Below, in pieces: positions 1-10,645 of a DNA stretch of 64,000 nt (its first letter is position 1; every line of letters starts with the position of its first letter). The stretch is from Acidobacteriota bacterium (GTDB lineage: Bacteria; Acidobacteriota; Vicinamibacteria; Vicinamibacterales; Fen-181). The translations under genes and the position numbers were made by a program. A model generated the notes under the pieces. The model worked only from the letters and a program-made list of their open reading frames with translations, was not told the DNA's origin and made no database searches. Location of the stretch: the NCBI GenBank assembly GCA_017883185.1, contig JADGOB010000007.1, positions 1,000 through 64,999 on the forward strand, in the 5' to 3' direction.

Positions 1-1
1 A

Positions 2-196
2 CCCGACCCGAACGCCCCGGCGTTCGTGCAGCCCGGCGACAGCGTGAAGAAGGGCCAGACCCTGTGCATCATCGAGGCGATGAAGATGATGAACAACATC
101 GAGTCGGAGTACGAGGGAACGCTCGCCAAGGTGTTCGTGGAGGACGGCCAGCCGGTGCAGTACGGCGAACGGCTGTTCGCGATCAAGCGGGCGTAG
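2..196 (+). CDS. accB: Biotin carboxyl carrier protein of acetyl-CoA carboxylase, C-terminal part (5' end outside window)
   Basis: Frame from position 2 reads ...[17 protein letters not shown]...[16 protein letters not shown] biotinylation motif; directly upstream of accC. Confidence 0.95.
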   Translation, partial: PDPNAPAFVQPGDSVKKGQTLCIIEAMKMMNNIESEYEGTLAKVFVEDGQPVQYGERLFAIKRA

Positions 197-218
197 GGCG
201 GCCGGCCGCGATTTCTCC

Positions 219-1592
219 ATGTTCAAGAAAATCCTGATCGCCAATCGCGGGGAGATTGCCCTCCGCGTCATCTATGCCTGCCGCGAGATGGGCATCAAGA
301 CCGTCGCCGTCTACTCCGAGGCGGACGAGAACTCGCTGCACGTCCGCTTCGCCGACGAGGACGTGTGCATCGGTCCCCCGCGGGCGGCGCAAAGCTACCT
401 GAGCGTGCCGGCGGTCATCAGCGCGGCCGAGGTGACCGGGGCCGACGCGATCCATCCCGGCTACGGGTTCCTCTCCGAGAGCGCGTACATGGCCGAGGTC
501 TGCGAGGCGTGCCACATCAAGTTCATCGGCCCCGACCCGCGCGTCATCCGGCTGATGGGCGACAAGGCGCGCGCGCGGCGCGTGATGAGGAAGGCCGGCG
601 TGCCGGTGCTGCCGGGCAGCGAAGGCGTGGTGGAGAGCGAAGAGCAGGCGCTCAAGATCGCGAAGGACATCGGCTACCCGGTCCTGATCAAGGCGACCGC
701 CGGCGGCGGCGGCCGCGGCATGCGCGTCGCGACGAGTCCTGCAGAGCTCAGCCAGGCGTTCAGGACCGCGCAGCGCGAGGCGGAAGCGGCCTTCGGGGTC
801 AAGGACGTCTACATCGAGAAATACCTCGAGTCGCCACGTCACATCGAGTTCCAGATCCTGGGCGACCATCACGGCACGGTGGTGCACCTGGGCGAGCGCG
901 AGTGCTCCATCCAGCGACGCCACCAGAAGCTGATCGAGGAGTCGCCCTCGCCGGCGCTCAGCGAGAAGCTGCGCCGGAAGATGGGCAGCGTCGTCGTGGA
1001 CGCGGCCAAGGCCGTCCAGTACGCCAACGCCGGCACGTTCGAGTTCCTGCTCGACCAGCAGGGGAAGTTTTACTTCATGGAGGTCAACACGCGCCTCCAG
1101 GTCGAGCACGGCGTGACCGAGATGGTGACAGGCGTGGATATCGTGAAGGAGCAGATCCGGGTGGCGGCAGGCGAGCGGCTCTCCTTCAAGCAGAGCGAGG
1201 TGACGTTCACGGGACACGCGATGGAGTGCCGGATCAACGCCGAGTGCCCCGACACCTTCGCGCCGTCTCCGGGCACGATCCACGTCTTTGCGCTGCCGGG
1301 TGGTCCCGGTGTCCGGGTGGATACGGCGGCGCACTCGGAGTGCCTGATTTCGCCGTACTACGATTCGATGATTGCGAAGGTGATGGTGCACGGCCGCGAC
1401 CGCCAGGAGGCGATCGCTCGCATGAGGCGCACGCTCGAGATGACGGTCATCGAGGGGATCAAGACGAACGTGTCGCTGCACCTGAAGATCCTGGCCGAGG
1501 CCGATTTCGTCGCCGGCCGGCTGAGCACGGCGTTCATGAACCGGTTCATGAACGCGACCGCGGCCGGCCGCACGCTTGCCGAAGCGGTCTAG
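219..1592 (+). CDS. accC: Biotin carboxylase
   Basis: [52 protein letters not shown]. Confidence 0.97.
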   Translation: MFKKILIANRGEIALRVIYACREMGIKTVAVYSEADENSLHVRFADEDVCIGPPRAAQSYLSVPAVISAAEVTGADAIHPGYGFLSESAYMAEVCEACHIKFIGPDPRVIRLMGDKARARRVMRKAGVPVLPGSEGVVESEEQALKIAKDIGYPVLIKATAGGGGRGMRVATSPAELSQAFRTAQREAEAAFGVKDVYIEKYLESPRHIEFQILGDHHGTVVHLGERECSIQRRHQKLIEESPSPALSEKLRRKMGSVVVDAAKAVQYANAGTFEFLLDQQGKFYFMEVNTRLQVEHGVTEMVTGVDIVKEQIRVAAGERLSFKQSEVTFTGHAMECRINAECPDTFAPSPGTIHVFALPGGPGVRVDTAAHSECLISPYYDSMIAKVMVHGRDRQEAIARMRRTLEMTVIEGIKTNVSLHLKILAEADFVAGRLSTAFMNRFMNATAAGRTLAEAV

Positions 1593-1680
1593 TTCAGAAG
1601 CCGGAAGCCAGTATCCAGAGGGGTGTCCCTGATTCTGGCTCCTGGCCCTGTCATCCGACATTCTCCATTCTTCATTCCCG
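1591..1680. repeat. Degenerate heptamer-type repeats in inverted arrangement
   Basis: ttcagaagccggaagccagtatccag ... ctgattctggctcctggc after the accC stop. Confidence 0.45.
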
Positions 1681-1788
1681 CCTGTTCAGCCTATAATGCG
1701 GCAGCCTGACGTGACTGCCTGAAACCCGGGGGGCTGGCTGAACCGCCTCCGCGCGGTTCGGTCCTTCGCTTTGTGAGGAGTGTTCTGG

Positions 1789-3321
1789 ATGTCAATCTTT
1801 GCGATTAAGTCGATCGAGCAGCTGAAGTTGGAGGCGCAGGAATCCGGCGAGCATTCACTCAAACGGGTGCTCGGCCCGATCAACCTGATCACGCTGGGCA
1901 TCGGCGCCATCATCGGCGCGGGGATTTTCGTACTCACCGGGTCGGCCGCCGCACAGTATGCCGGACCCGCGATCGTCCTGTCGTTCGTGTTTGCCGGCAT
2001 CGCCTGTGGGTTCGCCGGCCTGTGCTATTCCGAGTTCGCGTCGATGATCCCCATCGCGGGGTCGGCCTACACCTACGGCTACGCGACGTTGGGCGAGTTC
2101 TTCGCATGGATCATCGGGTGGGACCTCATTCTCGAGTACTCAATGGGCGCCGCGACGGTGGCCGTCGGCTGGTCCGGCTACGTCGTGAGCCTGCTGCACG
2201 ACTTCGGGATCACGGTGCCGCCGTCTGTGATTGCCTCGCCGGGCACCGCGCTGGTTCTCGTGCCCGCCAGCGGGAAGTGGGAGGCGGTGACGAACGTCGG
2301 AGACGCGCTCGCAAAGGCGGGGATCGACGTGGCGTCGCTCCCGCACGCGATCGCGATGTTCAACCTGCCGGCGGTGGTCATCGTACTGCTCGTCACCTGG
2401 GTGCTGGTGATCGGCATCCGCGAGTCCGCGAACCTGAACTCCGCCATTGTCATGATCAAGCTGGCCGTCGTCCTGATCTTCATCGGGGCCGGCGTGGCCT
2501 ACGTGAAGGGCGCCAACTGGCATCCGTTCATCCCGGAGAACGCGGGTGAGTTCGGGAAGTTCGGATTCAGCGGCATCGTGCGCGGGGCGGGCGTCGTCTT
2601 CTTCGCCTATATCGGGTTCGACGCGGTCTCGACCGCCGCGCAGGAGGCGAAGAACCCGCAACGCGACCTGCCGCTGGGCATCCTCGGGTCGCTCGTCATC
2701 TGCACGGTGCTGTATATCGCCGTGTCGCTCGTGCTGACGGGCCTCGTGCCCTACACGCAGCTGAACGTGGCCGACCCGATCGCCGTCGGTGTCAGCGCCA
2801 TTGGCATGACGTGGCTCTCGGCGCTGGTCAAGGCCGGCGCGGTTGCCGGACTGAGTTCTGTCGTGCTCGTCATGCTGATGGCCCAGCCGCGGATCTTCTA
2901 CTCGATGGCCAACGACGGCCTGCTGCCCTCGTGGGCGGCGAAGATCCATCCCAAGTACCGGACGCCGTACATCACCACCATCACCACCGGCGTCCTGGTG
3001 GCCATGGTCGCGGGCGTGGTGCCGATCGCCATCCTGGGCGAACTGGTGAGCATCGGCACACTGCTGGCGTTCGTCATCGTCTGCGCCGGCATCATCGTCC
3101 TCCGGAAGGTACGGCCCGAGCTGCCGCGACCGTTCCGCACGCCGTTCTCGCCGGTCGTACCGGCGCTCGGCGTCCTGAGCTGCGGATACCTGATGTACGG
3201 GCTGCCGCTGGACACCTGGCTGCGGCTCATCGTGTGGCTCGTGATTGGGCTGGCGATCTACTTCGGGTACAGCCGTCACCACAGCCGCGTGCAGTTGCGG
3301 GAGGCCGCCGCGAAGAAGTAG
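1789..3321 (+). CDS. APC-family amino acid permease (cationic amino acid transporter-like)
   Basis: GIGAIIGAGIF, GLCYSEFASMIPIAGSAYTY, FFAYIGFDAVST; many TM segments; RBS gaggag before ATG 1789. Confidence 0.92.
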   Translation: MSIFAIKSIEQLKLEAQESGEHSLKRVLGPINLITLGIGAIIGAGIFVLTGSAAAQYAGPAIVLSFVFAGIACGFAGLCYSEFASMIPIAGSAYTYGYATLGEFFAWIIGWDLILEYSMGAATVAVGWSGYVVSLLHDFGITVPPSVIASPGTALVLVPASGKWEAVTNVGDALAKAGIDVASLPHAIAMFNLPAVVIVLLVTWVLVIGIRESANLNSAIVMIKLAVVLIFIGAGVAYVKGANWHPFIPENAGEFGKFGFSGIVRGAGVVFFAYIGFDAVSTAAQEAKNPQRDLPLGILGSLVICTVLYIAVSLVLTGLVPYTQLNVADPIAVGVSAIGMTWLSALVKAGAVAGLSSVVLVMLMAQPRIFYSMANDGLLPSWAAKIHPKYRTPYITTITTGVLVAMVAGVVPIAILGELVSIGTLLAFVIVCAGIIVLRKVRPELPRPFRTPFSPVVPALGVLSCGYLMYGLPLDTWLRLIVWLVIGLAIYFGYSRHHSRVQLREAAAKK

Positions 3322-3352
3322 CGCGAGCCGCCACGAGTGATTGAGTCCGCTA

Positions 3353-3397
3353 ATAACCCGGCCGAGCCTCTTTGGTTCCGGCTCGACCGGGTTATGG
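3353..3397. repeat. REP-like hairpin element
   Basis: ataacccggccgagcc...ggctcgaccgggttat (16-bp stem, 1 mismatch); 3364-3397 identical to 26381-26414. Confidence 0.8.
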
Positions 3398-3507
3398 CGA
3401 TCGGCCGCTCCGGGGCCGCCAGATCCAGGCGGCGGTCGCCCTGCTCTTGCTGGTGATCGGGGCCGGCTCTTCGTTGAACTGGGAATCCATCGGTCCCGCG
3501 CAGACCC

Positions 3508-5022
3508 ATGACTCTGCACCCCACCCCCACCCCCATTCCCTACCAGCGGATCGGCATCCTCTTCCTGGTGGCCGCAATCGTGCTGCTGGCCATCGGGCTT
3601 GCCGCCGGCACGCCGTTCTTCGTCGGACGGGGAGGCGAGCGGGGTGGACCCGCGCACCGGGAGGCGCCGGCTCACGTGGAGCCGCCGGCGGCACACGGCG
3701 AGACGGCACAGGCGCCCGGCGCAGGCTACGACTTCGTGCCGCCCGTCTTCTCGGTCGTGCCGTTTGCGGCGATCCTGCTCGCCATCGCCATCTTTCCTCT
3801 GGTGCCCGCGCTCAGCGGATTCTGGGAGAGCAACCGCAATAAACTGCTCGTCTCGGCGGTGCTCGGGGGGCCGGTGGCCTTCTACATCTGGCAGCACGAC
3901 CCGACGCGCGTGTTGCACACCGGCCTCGAGTACTCGCAGTTCCTCGCCCTGCTGACCGCCCTGTTCATCGTGGCGGGCGGCATCCACCTGACGGGAAACC
4001 TGGAGGCCACGCCGCGCGTGAACACGACGTTCCTCGCGGTCGGCTACGTGTTGGCGAGCATCATCGGCACCACCGGGGCGGCGATGGTTCTGATCTACCC
4101 GCTGCTCCGGACGAACACCGAGCGGCGCCACAAGGCCCACACGGTCATCTTCTTCATCTTCCTCGTCTGCAACATCGGCGGCCTCCTGACCCCGCTCGGC
4201 GACCCGCCGCTGTTCCTCGGCTACCTGCGCGGCATCGAGTTCTTCTGGTTCATGAAGCTGTTGCCGCTCTGGGCCGCTCTCGGCGTCGTGCTGCTCGGCG
4301 CGTACTTCGCGCTCGACGTGTACTACCACGCCAGAGAGCCCCGCGTGGCCGTCAAGCGCGACATCGAGCACGAGGAGGGCGTGCGGCTCATTGGCGTGCT
4401 CAACGTCGTCCTGCTGATGGCCATCGTCGGGTCCGTGGCAGCGTCGGTGGAGACGCCGTACCGGGAGGCGGTCATGGCGGGCGCCGCCGGCCTGTCGCTG
4501 AGTTACGCGCACGCCTCGCGGGTCGCGCGGCGGGCACGCGATCGCAACCACTTCAGCCTCCACGCGATCCTGGAGGTTGCGGCGGTGTTCGCGGGGATAT
4601 TTGCCGCGATGATGCCGGCGTTGATCCTGCTCAAGACGCGAGGGGCCGCCCTCGGCGTGGACCAGCCGCTCGAGTTCTTCTATGCCACGGGGCTGTTCTC
4701 GTCGTTCCTCGACAACGCCCCGACGTTCCTGGTCTTCCTGGAACTGGCGCTCGGGGTGACGGGGATCCGGGAGGCGGGCGGGCTGCAGGTGGGGCAGGCG
4801 GCGGCCATCCTTGGCGCCATTAGTGCCGGGGCGGTGTGCATGGGCGCGAACACCTACATTGGCAACGCCCCGAACTTCATGGTGCGGAGCATCGCCGAGC
4901 AGCGCCACGTGAAGATGCCGTCGTTCTTCGGCTACATGGTGTGGGCGCTGGTCATTCTCATCCCGGCGTTTTCGGTGACGGCGGTCGTGTTCTTCAAGCT
5001 CCTGCCGTTCCCGCTGTGGTAG
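3508..5022 (+). CDS. Putative Na+/H+ antiporter (ion transporter superfamily)
   Basis: IGTTGAAM, CNIGGLLTPLGDPPLFLGYL, SSFLDNAPTF, GANTYIGNAPNFMV. Confidence 0.85.
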   Translation: MTLHPTPTPIPYQRIGILFLVAAIVLLAIGLAAGTPFFVGRGGERGGPAHREAPAHVEPPAAHGETAQAPGAGYDFVPPVFSVVPFAAILLAIAIFPLVPALSGFWESNRNKLLVSAVLGGPVAFYIWQHDPTRVLHTGLEYSQFLALLTALFIVAGGIHLTGNLEATPRVNTTFLAVGYVLASIIGTTGAAMVLIYPLLRTNTERRHKAHTVIFFIFLVCNIGGLLTPLGDPPLFLGYLRGIEFFWFMKLLPLWAALGVVLLGAYFALDVYYHAREPRVAVKRDIEHEEGVRLIGVLNVVLLMAIVGSVAASVETPYREAVMAGAAGLSLSYAHASRVARRARDRNHFSLHAILEVAAVFAGIFAAMMPALILLKTRGAALGVDQPLEFFYATGLFSSFLDNAPTFLVFLELALGVTGIREAGGLQVGQAAAILGAISAGAVCMGANTYIGNAPNFMVRSIAEQRHVKMPSFFGYMVWALVILIPAFSVTAVVFFKLLPFPLW

Positions 5023-5064
5023 ACAGAATGTAGAATTCAGAATTCGGAATTCAGGATTCAGAAT
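5021..5064. repeat. Tandem heptamer array (CAGAATT-like)
   Basis: agacagaatgtagaattcagaattcggaattcaggattcagaat. Confidence 0.75.
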
Positions 5065-5090
5065 AGTATGCTCTTGCGGCAGCGGCTCAT

Positions 5091-6104
5091 ATGAGGAGGA
5101 CCGTGCGCCCACTCGGCTTCAGCGGCTTTCGGCCGGCGGTTCTGCTGGTCGCGCTCGTTCTCGTGGCCGGGACCATCGGCTACATGGTTGTCGAGGGGTG
5201 GTCGGCCTGGGATGCCCTGTACATGACGGTCACGACCGTGACGACCGTCGGTTTCCGCGAGGTGCACCCGCTGTCCTGGCGGGGGCAGGCCTTCACGGTG
5301 GTTCTCATCATCGGCGGTGTCAGCACCGTCCTCTACACGCTGTCGCTGCTGGCGGCCGGCCTCGTCGAGGGCCGGGTCGGCCGGCGGTTCGAGCAGCGCC
5401 GGCGGGAACACATGATCGATGCCCTGACCAATCACTTCATCTTGTGCGGGGCCGGCCGGATCGGCCTGATCATCGCCGACGAGTTCAGGCGCCAGCAGGT
5501 CCCCTTCGTCGTCATCGACCGCGATCCTGATGCCGTGCAGGAGGTGATCGCGCGGGGCGACCTCGCGGTGGAGGCCGATGCGAGCCGGGAGGACATCCTG
5601 CAGAGGCTGGGGATCGACCGCGCGCGGGGCCTGATCGCGGCCCTGGGCACGGATGCCGAAAACGTGTACGCCATCCTGACGGCCCGCGGCCTGAGGGGGG
5701 ACCTGTTCATCGTCGCCCGGGCCGATTCCGACGACGCGGGGCGCAAGCTCCTGCGGGCGGGGGCCGACCGCTTCATCTCCCCGTACCAGATCGGCGCGAC
5801 GCAGATGGCGCAGACGGCCCTGCGACCGGCGGTCGTCGACTTCGTGCAGCTGGCCACGAGTTCCGAGAACCTCGAGCTGGCGATGGAGCAGGTGAAGATC
5901 GCGCCCGAGTCGGCGCTCGGCGGACGCTCCATCGTCGAGGCGAACCTTCGGCAGCAGTTCGGCGTGATCGTCGTCGGCATCCAGCGATGCGATGGACGGA
6001 TGGAGTTCAACCCGGAGCCTGATACGATCATGCATGCTGGCGATCACCTGATCGTGATTGGCCGGTCCGGGCAGTTGAAGGATCTGGAAATCGCCGCCCA
6101 GTAA
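5091..6104 (+). CDS. Potassium channel with RCK (TrkA-N/TrkA-C) domains
   Basis: Two TM helices with TVTTVGF selectivity filter, then Rossmann motif CGAGRIG and C-terminal TrkA-C domain. Confidence 0.92.
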   Translation: MRRTVRPLGFSGFRPAVLLVALVLVAGTIGYMVVEGWSAWDALYMTVTTVTTVGFREVHPLSWRGQAFTVVLIIGGVSTVLYTLSLLAAGLVEGRVGRRFEQRRREHMIDALTNHFILCGAGRIGLIIADEFRRQQVPFVVIDRDPDAVQEVIARGDLAVEADASREDILQRLGIDRARGLIAALGTDAENVYAILTARGLRGDLFIVARADSDDAGRKLLRAGADRFISPYQIGATQMAQTALRPAVVDFVQLATSSENLELAMEQVKIAPESALGGRSIVEANLRQQFGVIVVGIQRCDGRMEFNPEPDTIMHAGDHLIVIGRSGQLKDLEIAAQ

Positions 6105-6158
6105 GGTGAACCGCGGTTCCCGCGTCCCGGATGTCCGCTGGAAGAATGCTCAGGCCGG

Positions 6159-6302
6159 CAGAAGTCAGGAGTCAGAATTTCGGAATCCAGAATGGCCTGC
6201 GAAGAGGCATCCAGCAGCTTGCTGACCTACTCGAGCAACTGGCTTGGTTCGGAAACACCGTCGCTGGTGTCCTCATTCTGACTCCTGAATTCTGACTTCT
6301 GG
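6159..6302. repeat. Inverted heptamer arrays (MITE-like)
   Basis: cagaagtcaggagtcagaat... (6159-6193) versus attctgactcctgaattctgacttctgg (6275-6302). Confidence 0.7.
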
Positions 6303-6339
6303 CTACCTGAGTAGTTACTCGAACGGTAGAATGGCCCGT

Positions 6340-7275
6340 ATGGCTGCACGCATGCTGGACGGCGCCGCGATCGCCAGGCAGATTCGGCTCGAACTCCAGG
6401 ACCGGGTGGCGGCATTCACGACGGTCCAGGGCCGACCGCCCGGCCTCGGCATCGTCCTCGTCGGTGAAGATCCCTCGTCGGAGATCTACGTCCGAAACAA
6501 GCTGAAGGCGGCGGGCGAGTCAGGGTTGCGCGCCGACCTCCGCCGCCTCCCGGCCACCGCGTCGCTGCACGATCTGCTCGACGTGGTGACAACGCTGAAC
6601 GGCAGCCCGATTCACGACGGAATCCTCGTGCAGTCACCGCTGCCGGCGGCCCTCGGGCGGGACGCCGAGCAGGTGGTGTTCGATGCGGTCGATCAGCTGA
6701 AGGACGTGGACGGGTTCCACCCGGAGAACGTGGGCCGCCTGGTGCAGAAGCGGCCGTACCTCGTCGCGTGCACGCCGCTCGGCGTGATGGAACTGCTGGC
6801 GCGGTCCGGCATCGCCGTGGACGGCGCCCGCGCCGTCGTGATTGGCCGAAGCGATATCGTCGGGAAGCCGGTGTCGCTGCTGCTGATGCACCGGAACGCC
6901 ACGGTCACGATCTGCCACTCGCGCACGCGCAACCTGCCGGAGCTTTGCGCCTCGGCCGACATCCTGGTGGCCGCCATCGGGCGCGCGGCCTTTGTCACGC
7001 CGGACTTCATCAAGCCAGGGGCGGTCGTCATCGACGTCGGGATCAACCGTGTGACCGATGCGGGCCTCGTGCAGCGGCTCTTCCCGGAAGGCAGCCAGCG
7101 GCGTGCCGACTTCGAGCGGCGTGGTTCGCTCGTGGTCGGCGACGTGCATCCGGCCGTGGCCGACGTGGCTGGCGCCCTGACTCCCGTGCCCGGAGGTATT
7201 GGACCTCTCACGATCGCGATGCTGCTGGCCAACACGTTGAAGGCCGCCGAGGCACGATGCTCCGCGTCGCGTTGA
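6340..7275 (+). CDS. folD: Bifunctional methylenetetrahydrofolate dehydrogenase/cyclohydrolase
   Basis: KDVDGFHPEN, CTPLG, GRSDIVGKP, TPVPGGIGPLT. Confidence 0.96.
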   Translation: MAARMLDGAAIARQIRLELQDRVAAFTTVQGRPPGLGIVLVGEDPSSEIYVRNKLKAAGESGLRADLRRLPATASLHDLLDVVTTLNGSPIHDGILVQSPLPAALGRDAEQVVFDAVDQLKDVDGFHPENVGRLVQKRPYLVACTPLGVMELLARSGIAVDGARAVVIGRSDIVGKPVSLLLMHRNATVTICHSRTRNLPELCASADILVAAIGRAAFVTPDFIKPGAVVIDVGINRVTDAGLVQRLFPEGSQRRADFERRGSLVVGDVHPAVADVAGALTPVPGGIGPLTIAMLLANTLKAAEARCSASR

Positions 7276-7859
7276 CGGGCGGCATCGCGACGGGCAAGAG
7301 CTACGTTCGGGCGCGGATCGCCGCCCGGGGCGTTTTGACCCTGGATGCCGACGCCATCGTCCACCGGTTGTTCACGGGTGGAAGTGACGTGACGGCCGAG
7401 GTGAGGCGGCGATTCGGCACGTCGGTGGTGCGCCATGATGGTGCCGTGGATCGACAGGCGCTCGGGCGGATCGTGTTCGCCGACGCCTCTGCCCGTCGCG
7501 ACCTCGAGGCGATCGTCCATCCGCGGGTCTACGAGCGGATTGCCGAATGGGCGGACGCGCAGGCGCGTGAGGGCGCGCCATGGGTTCTCGTCGATATCCC
7601 GTTGCTGTTCGAAACGGGGCGCGATCGGGCGTTCGACCGCGTCATCGTGGCCGCGTGTTCACCCGAGGAGCAGGTGCGGCGCATCAGGCAGCGCGATGGC
7701 CTGGGCGAAGCGGTAGCCTTGGCGCGGCTGGCTGCCCAGTGGCCGATCGCGGAGAAGGTTCGACGTGCGAACGATGTGATCGACACCAGCGGGTCGTTCG
7801 GTGAGACAGACCGCCAGGTGGACGGGGTCTGCATCAAGATCTTCGGGAAGGGTCAGTAA
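7257..7859 (+). CDS. coaE: Dephospho-CoA kinase
   Basis: MLRVALTGGIATGKS, LEAIVHP, DIPLLFE. Confidence 0.95.
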   Translation: MLRVALTGGIATGKSYVRARIAARGVLTLDADAIVHRLFTGGSDVTAEVRRRFGTSVVRHDGAVDRQALGRIVFADASARRDLEAIVHPRVYERIAEWADAQAREGAPWVLVDIPLLFETGRDRAFDRVIVAACSPEEQVRRIRQRDGLGEAVALARLAAQWPIAEKVRRANDVIDTSGSFGETDRQVDGVCIKIFGKGQ

Positions 7860-7895
7860 CGAACCCATAGCTGCAAGCTGTCTGTTGCCCGCTGT

Positions 7896-9116
7896 TCAGG
7901 CATCGGCGTCGTCGGCGTCCTTCGCTGCGGCGAGGCGATCTTCCACGAACGAGTTCCACTCGTGGCAGTGCGGGCAGTGCCAGAGGAATTCCGTGCTGCG
8001 GTAGCGGCAATGCATGCAGACGTGCGGGTCGAGGTAGAAGACGGCGTGGCCGGCCAGGTCCACGTACCGATCGACCAGCGCGGGGTCGAGGGCGAGTTGC
8101 CGCAGGGTCCGCCAGATCGCCTGGTGAATGGCCAGCCCGTGTGGATTGTGCACGAGCGCCTCGAACAGCAGGTCCAGCGCTTCCGCCGGCTTGCCGCGCG
8201 AGGTGAGATGCCGCGCGAGGGCGACGCGGCCACGCCAGTCCTGCGGGGTGGCCGCGATCAACTGGCGACAGAGCCCGGGAAAGCGGTCGGGCGTGCCGAG
8301 CCTGGTGTACACGGCTTCGAGCCGCTCGAAGACCAGGTACGCGCGATCCGGGGCGACGGCCACCCCGTGCTCCCACGTGGCGGCGGCGTCCGCCGCGCGG
8401 CCCTGGTGGACCTGGACGTCTCCCAGGTGCAGGTAGGCCGGCAGGGTCGCCGCGTCCAGTTCGATCGCTTGCGTGAACCGTGCGGCCGCCGCCTTGTCGT
8501 CCTTCTGCTTCAGCGCCTCCAGGCCCAATTCGTTCTCGAGGAAGGCCAGCGTCTCGTTGTGGCGCGCCTCGGCTCCGGCGGCGCCGACACGCGCGAGCCT
8601 GCGGCGGATGTCGTACGCCGCCTGCCACTGGTGCTGCTCCTCGTGCAGCTTCTCCAGGTTGATCAACGCGTACTCGTTCTCGCTGTCGAGGCGAAGGACT
8701 TCGTTGAACGCCTCGACGGCGCGATCGACGAACCCGCCGCTCTTGTAGTCGAGCCCGAGGCAGAGCAGGGAATAGGCGTGCTCCAGCCGCTTCAGCCTGG
8801 GCCGCTGCAGCAGCCCCTGGTGGACCTGGATGGCGCGGCCGACCTGGCCTTTCTCACGGTACAGGTTGCCGAGGATCAGGTCGATCTCGAGCGCGTCGGA
8901 ATCGACCGTCGCCGCCTTGGTCAACTCTTCGATCGCGAGGTCCGGCCGGTTCGACACCAGGAAGTTCAGACCGAGCATGTAGTGCGGCGTTTCGCGCGCT
9001 TTCCGGCGATCGAACCAGCGGCCGTCGCGGAGTTTGTAGCGTTCCCAGGCCTTGCCGATGGCCAGCCCGGCCAGCAGGGCGAGGAGCCCGGCGAGCAGCG
9101 GTGCGTAGGTGCCCAT
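7896..9116 (-). CDS. lapB: LPS assembly protein B-like (TM anchor, TPR repeats, rubredoxin-like C-terminus)
   Basis: N-terminal TM, LGNLYREKGQVGRAIQVHQ, C-terminal CMHC...CPHCHEW; last gene of kds operon. Confidence 0.88.
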   Translation of the reverse strand: MGTYAPLLAGLLALLAGLAIGKAWERYKLRDGRWFDRRKARETPHYMLGLNFLVSNRPDLAIEELTKAATVDSDALEIDLILGNLYREKGQVGRAIQVHQGLLQRPRLKRLEHAYSLLCLGLDYKSGGFVDRAVEAFNEVLRLDSENEYALINLEKLHEEQHQWQAAYDIRRRLARVGAAGAEARHNETLAFLENELGLEALKQKDDKAAAARFTQAIELDAATLPAYLHLGDVQVHQGRAADAAATWEHGVAVAPDRAYLVFERLEAVYTRLGTPDRFPGLCRQLIAATPQDWRGRVALARHLTSRGKPAEALDLLFEALVHNPHGLAIHQAIWRTLRQLALDPALVDRYVDLAGHAVFYLDPHVCMHCRYRSTEFLWHCPHCHEWNSFVEDRLAAAKDADDADA

Positions 9117-9664
9117 CAGCGTGCACCCTCTGGCAGGTACCCGCGCAGAAGACCGTCCCACCGGCCCTGCGCGCGCAGCAGCAGTTCGACCAGTTCGCGG
9201 GCGGCGCCGTCGCCGCCGGTTCGGGTGCTCACCCAGTCCACGCGATCCAGGACGTCGGGCGCGGCGTCGGCCGGCGCGGCCGACAGCCCGACGCGGGACA
9301 ACACGGGCAGGTCGAGGAGGTCATCACCCATGAAGGCCACCGCCTCGTCCCCCAGGCGTTCCTGGTCCAGCAGGTCCCGGTACATCTCCAGCTTGTCGCC
9401 GGCCTGCTGTCTCACGATCCTGATCGCCAGTTGCGAGGCCCGCGCCGTGGTCGCGGGCGAGTGGCGGGCGGACAGCAACCCGACGGCGATTCCCTCGCGC
9501 TGGGCCCACACGATGCCCGTGCCATCGCGGATGCTGAACTGCTTCGACTCGGATCCGTCCGGGCGCAGCAGGATCCGGCCGTCCGTCAGCACGCCGTCCA
9601 CGTCGAACAGCAGCAGCCGGATGAGGGCGGCCTTTTTCGCCAGATCCTCGGGAGTGCAAGACAT
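9116..9664 (-). CDS. kdsC: Kdo 8-phosphate phosphatase
   Basis: FDVDGVLTDG, GDDLLD, GGDGAARE. Confidence 0.94.
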   Translation of the reverse strand: MSCTPEDLAKKAALIRLLLFDVDGVLTDGRILLRPDGSESKQFSIRDGTGIVWAQREGIAVGLLSARHSPATTARASQLAIRIVRQQAGDKLEMYRDLLDQERLGDEAVAFMGDDLLDLPVLSRVGLSAAPADAAPDVLDRVDWVSTRTGGDGAARELVELLLRAQGRWDGLLRGYLPEGAR

Positions 9665-10620
9665 CAGAACAACTCGGTCCGCCACAGGTCGTGCAGATGG
9701 ACCACCCCCTCGACGCGCCCGTCAGGGGCCACGACGACGAGCGAGGTGATCTTCCGGCGTTCCATCAGGTTGAGCGCTTCGACTGCCAGCATCGTGCGCG
9801 CGACCGTGACCGGAGCGCGGGTCATCACGATGCCCGCCGTCCGATCGAGCACGTCGTGCGTGCTCATGTGGCGCCGAAGGTCGCCGTCGGTGATGATTCC
9901 CGCGAGGCGACCCTCCGCATCGACGACGCACGTCATCCCGAGCCCCTTCCGGGACATCTCGTAGATGACATCGCCCATCGCGGTCTCTTCGCGCACGGCC
10001 GGCAGTAGCTCCCCCGAGTGCATCAGTTGCTCGAGCCGCATCAGCCGCTTGCCCAGCTTGCCGCCGGGGTGCAGGTTGGCGAAGTCCTCCTGCTTGAACC
10101 CCTTGCGCACCAGCAGCGCCATCGCGAGCGCATCACCGAGCGCCAGCGCCGCGGTGGTGCTCGCGGTCGGCGCCAGGTTGAGGGGACACGCCTCCTCGTC
10201 GACGCGGCAGTCCAGCGTCACGTCGGCGGCCTGGCCGAGCGTCGATCCCGGGAAACCGGTGATGGCGACCATCCGCGTGCCGACCCGCCGGATCGTCTCG
10301 AGCAACCGCAGGATCTCGCCGGTCTCGCCGCCATAGGAGAGCGCGACCACCACATCGTCGGCCTGGAGAGCTCCGAGATCGCCGTGGATCGCATCGGCGG
10401 GGTGCAGGAAGAAGGCAGACGTGCCGGTACTCGACAGCGTCGCGGCGATCTTGCGGCCGATGATGCCGGACTTGCCCATGCCGGTGAGCAGCACGCGGCC
10501 CCGGCAGTCCAGGAGCAGCTCGACGGCCCGCGTGAACCGTTCGTCGAGCCGATCGACGAGGGCAAGGATCGCCCCCGCTTCAATCGTCAGGACCTTGCGT
10601 GCCAGGTCCAGGTCGGTCAT
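9664..10620 (-). CDS. kdsD: Arabinose 5-phosphate isomerase (SIS + CBS)
   Basis: TGMGKSG, HGDLG, LAPTASTT, HPGGKLG, ITDGDLRR. Confidence 0.95.
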   Translation of the reverse strand: MTDLDLARKVLTIEAGAILALVDRLDERFTRAVELLLDCRGRVLLTGMGKSGIIGRKIAATLSSTGTSAFFLHPADAIHGDLGALQADDVVVALSYGGETGEILRLLETIRRVGTRMVAITGFPGSTLGQAADVTLDCRVDEEACPLNLAPTASTTAALALGDALAMALLVRKGFKQEDFANLHPGGKLGKRLMRLEQLMHSGELLPAVREETAMGDVIYEMSRKGLGMTCVVDAEGRLAGIITDGDLRRHMSTHDVLDRTAGIVMTRAPVTVARTMLAVEALNLMERRKITSLVVVAPDGRVEGVVHLHDLWRTELF

Positions 10621-10645
10621 TGGATCGGTAGTCACCACGTCTCCC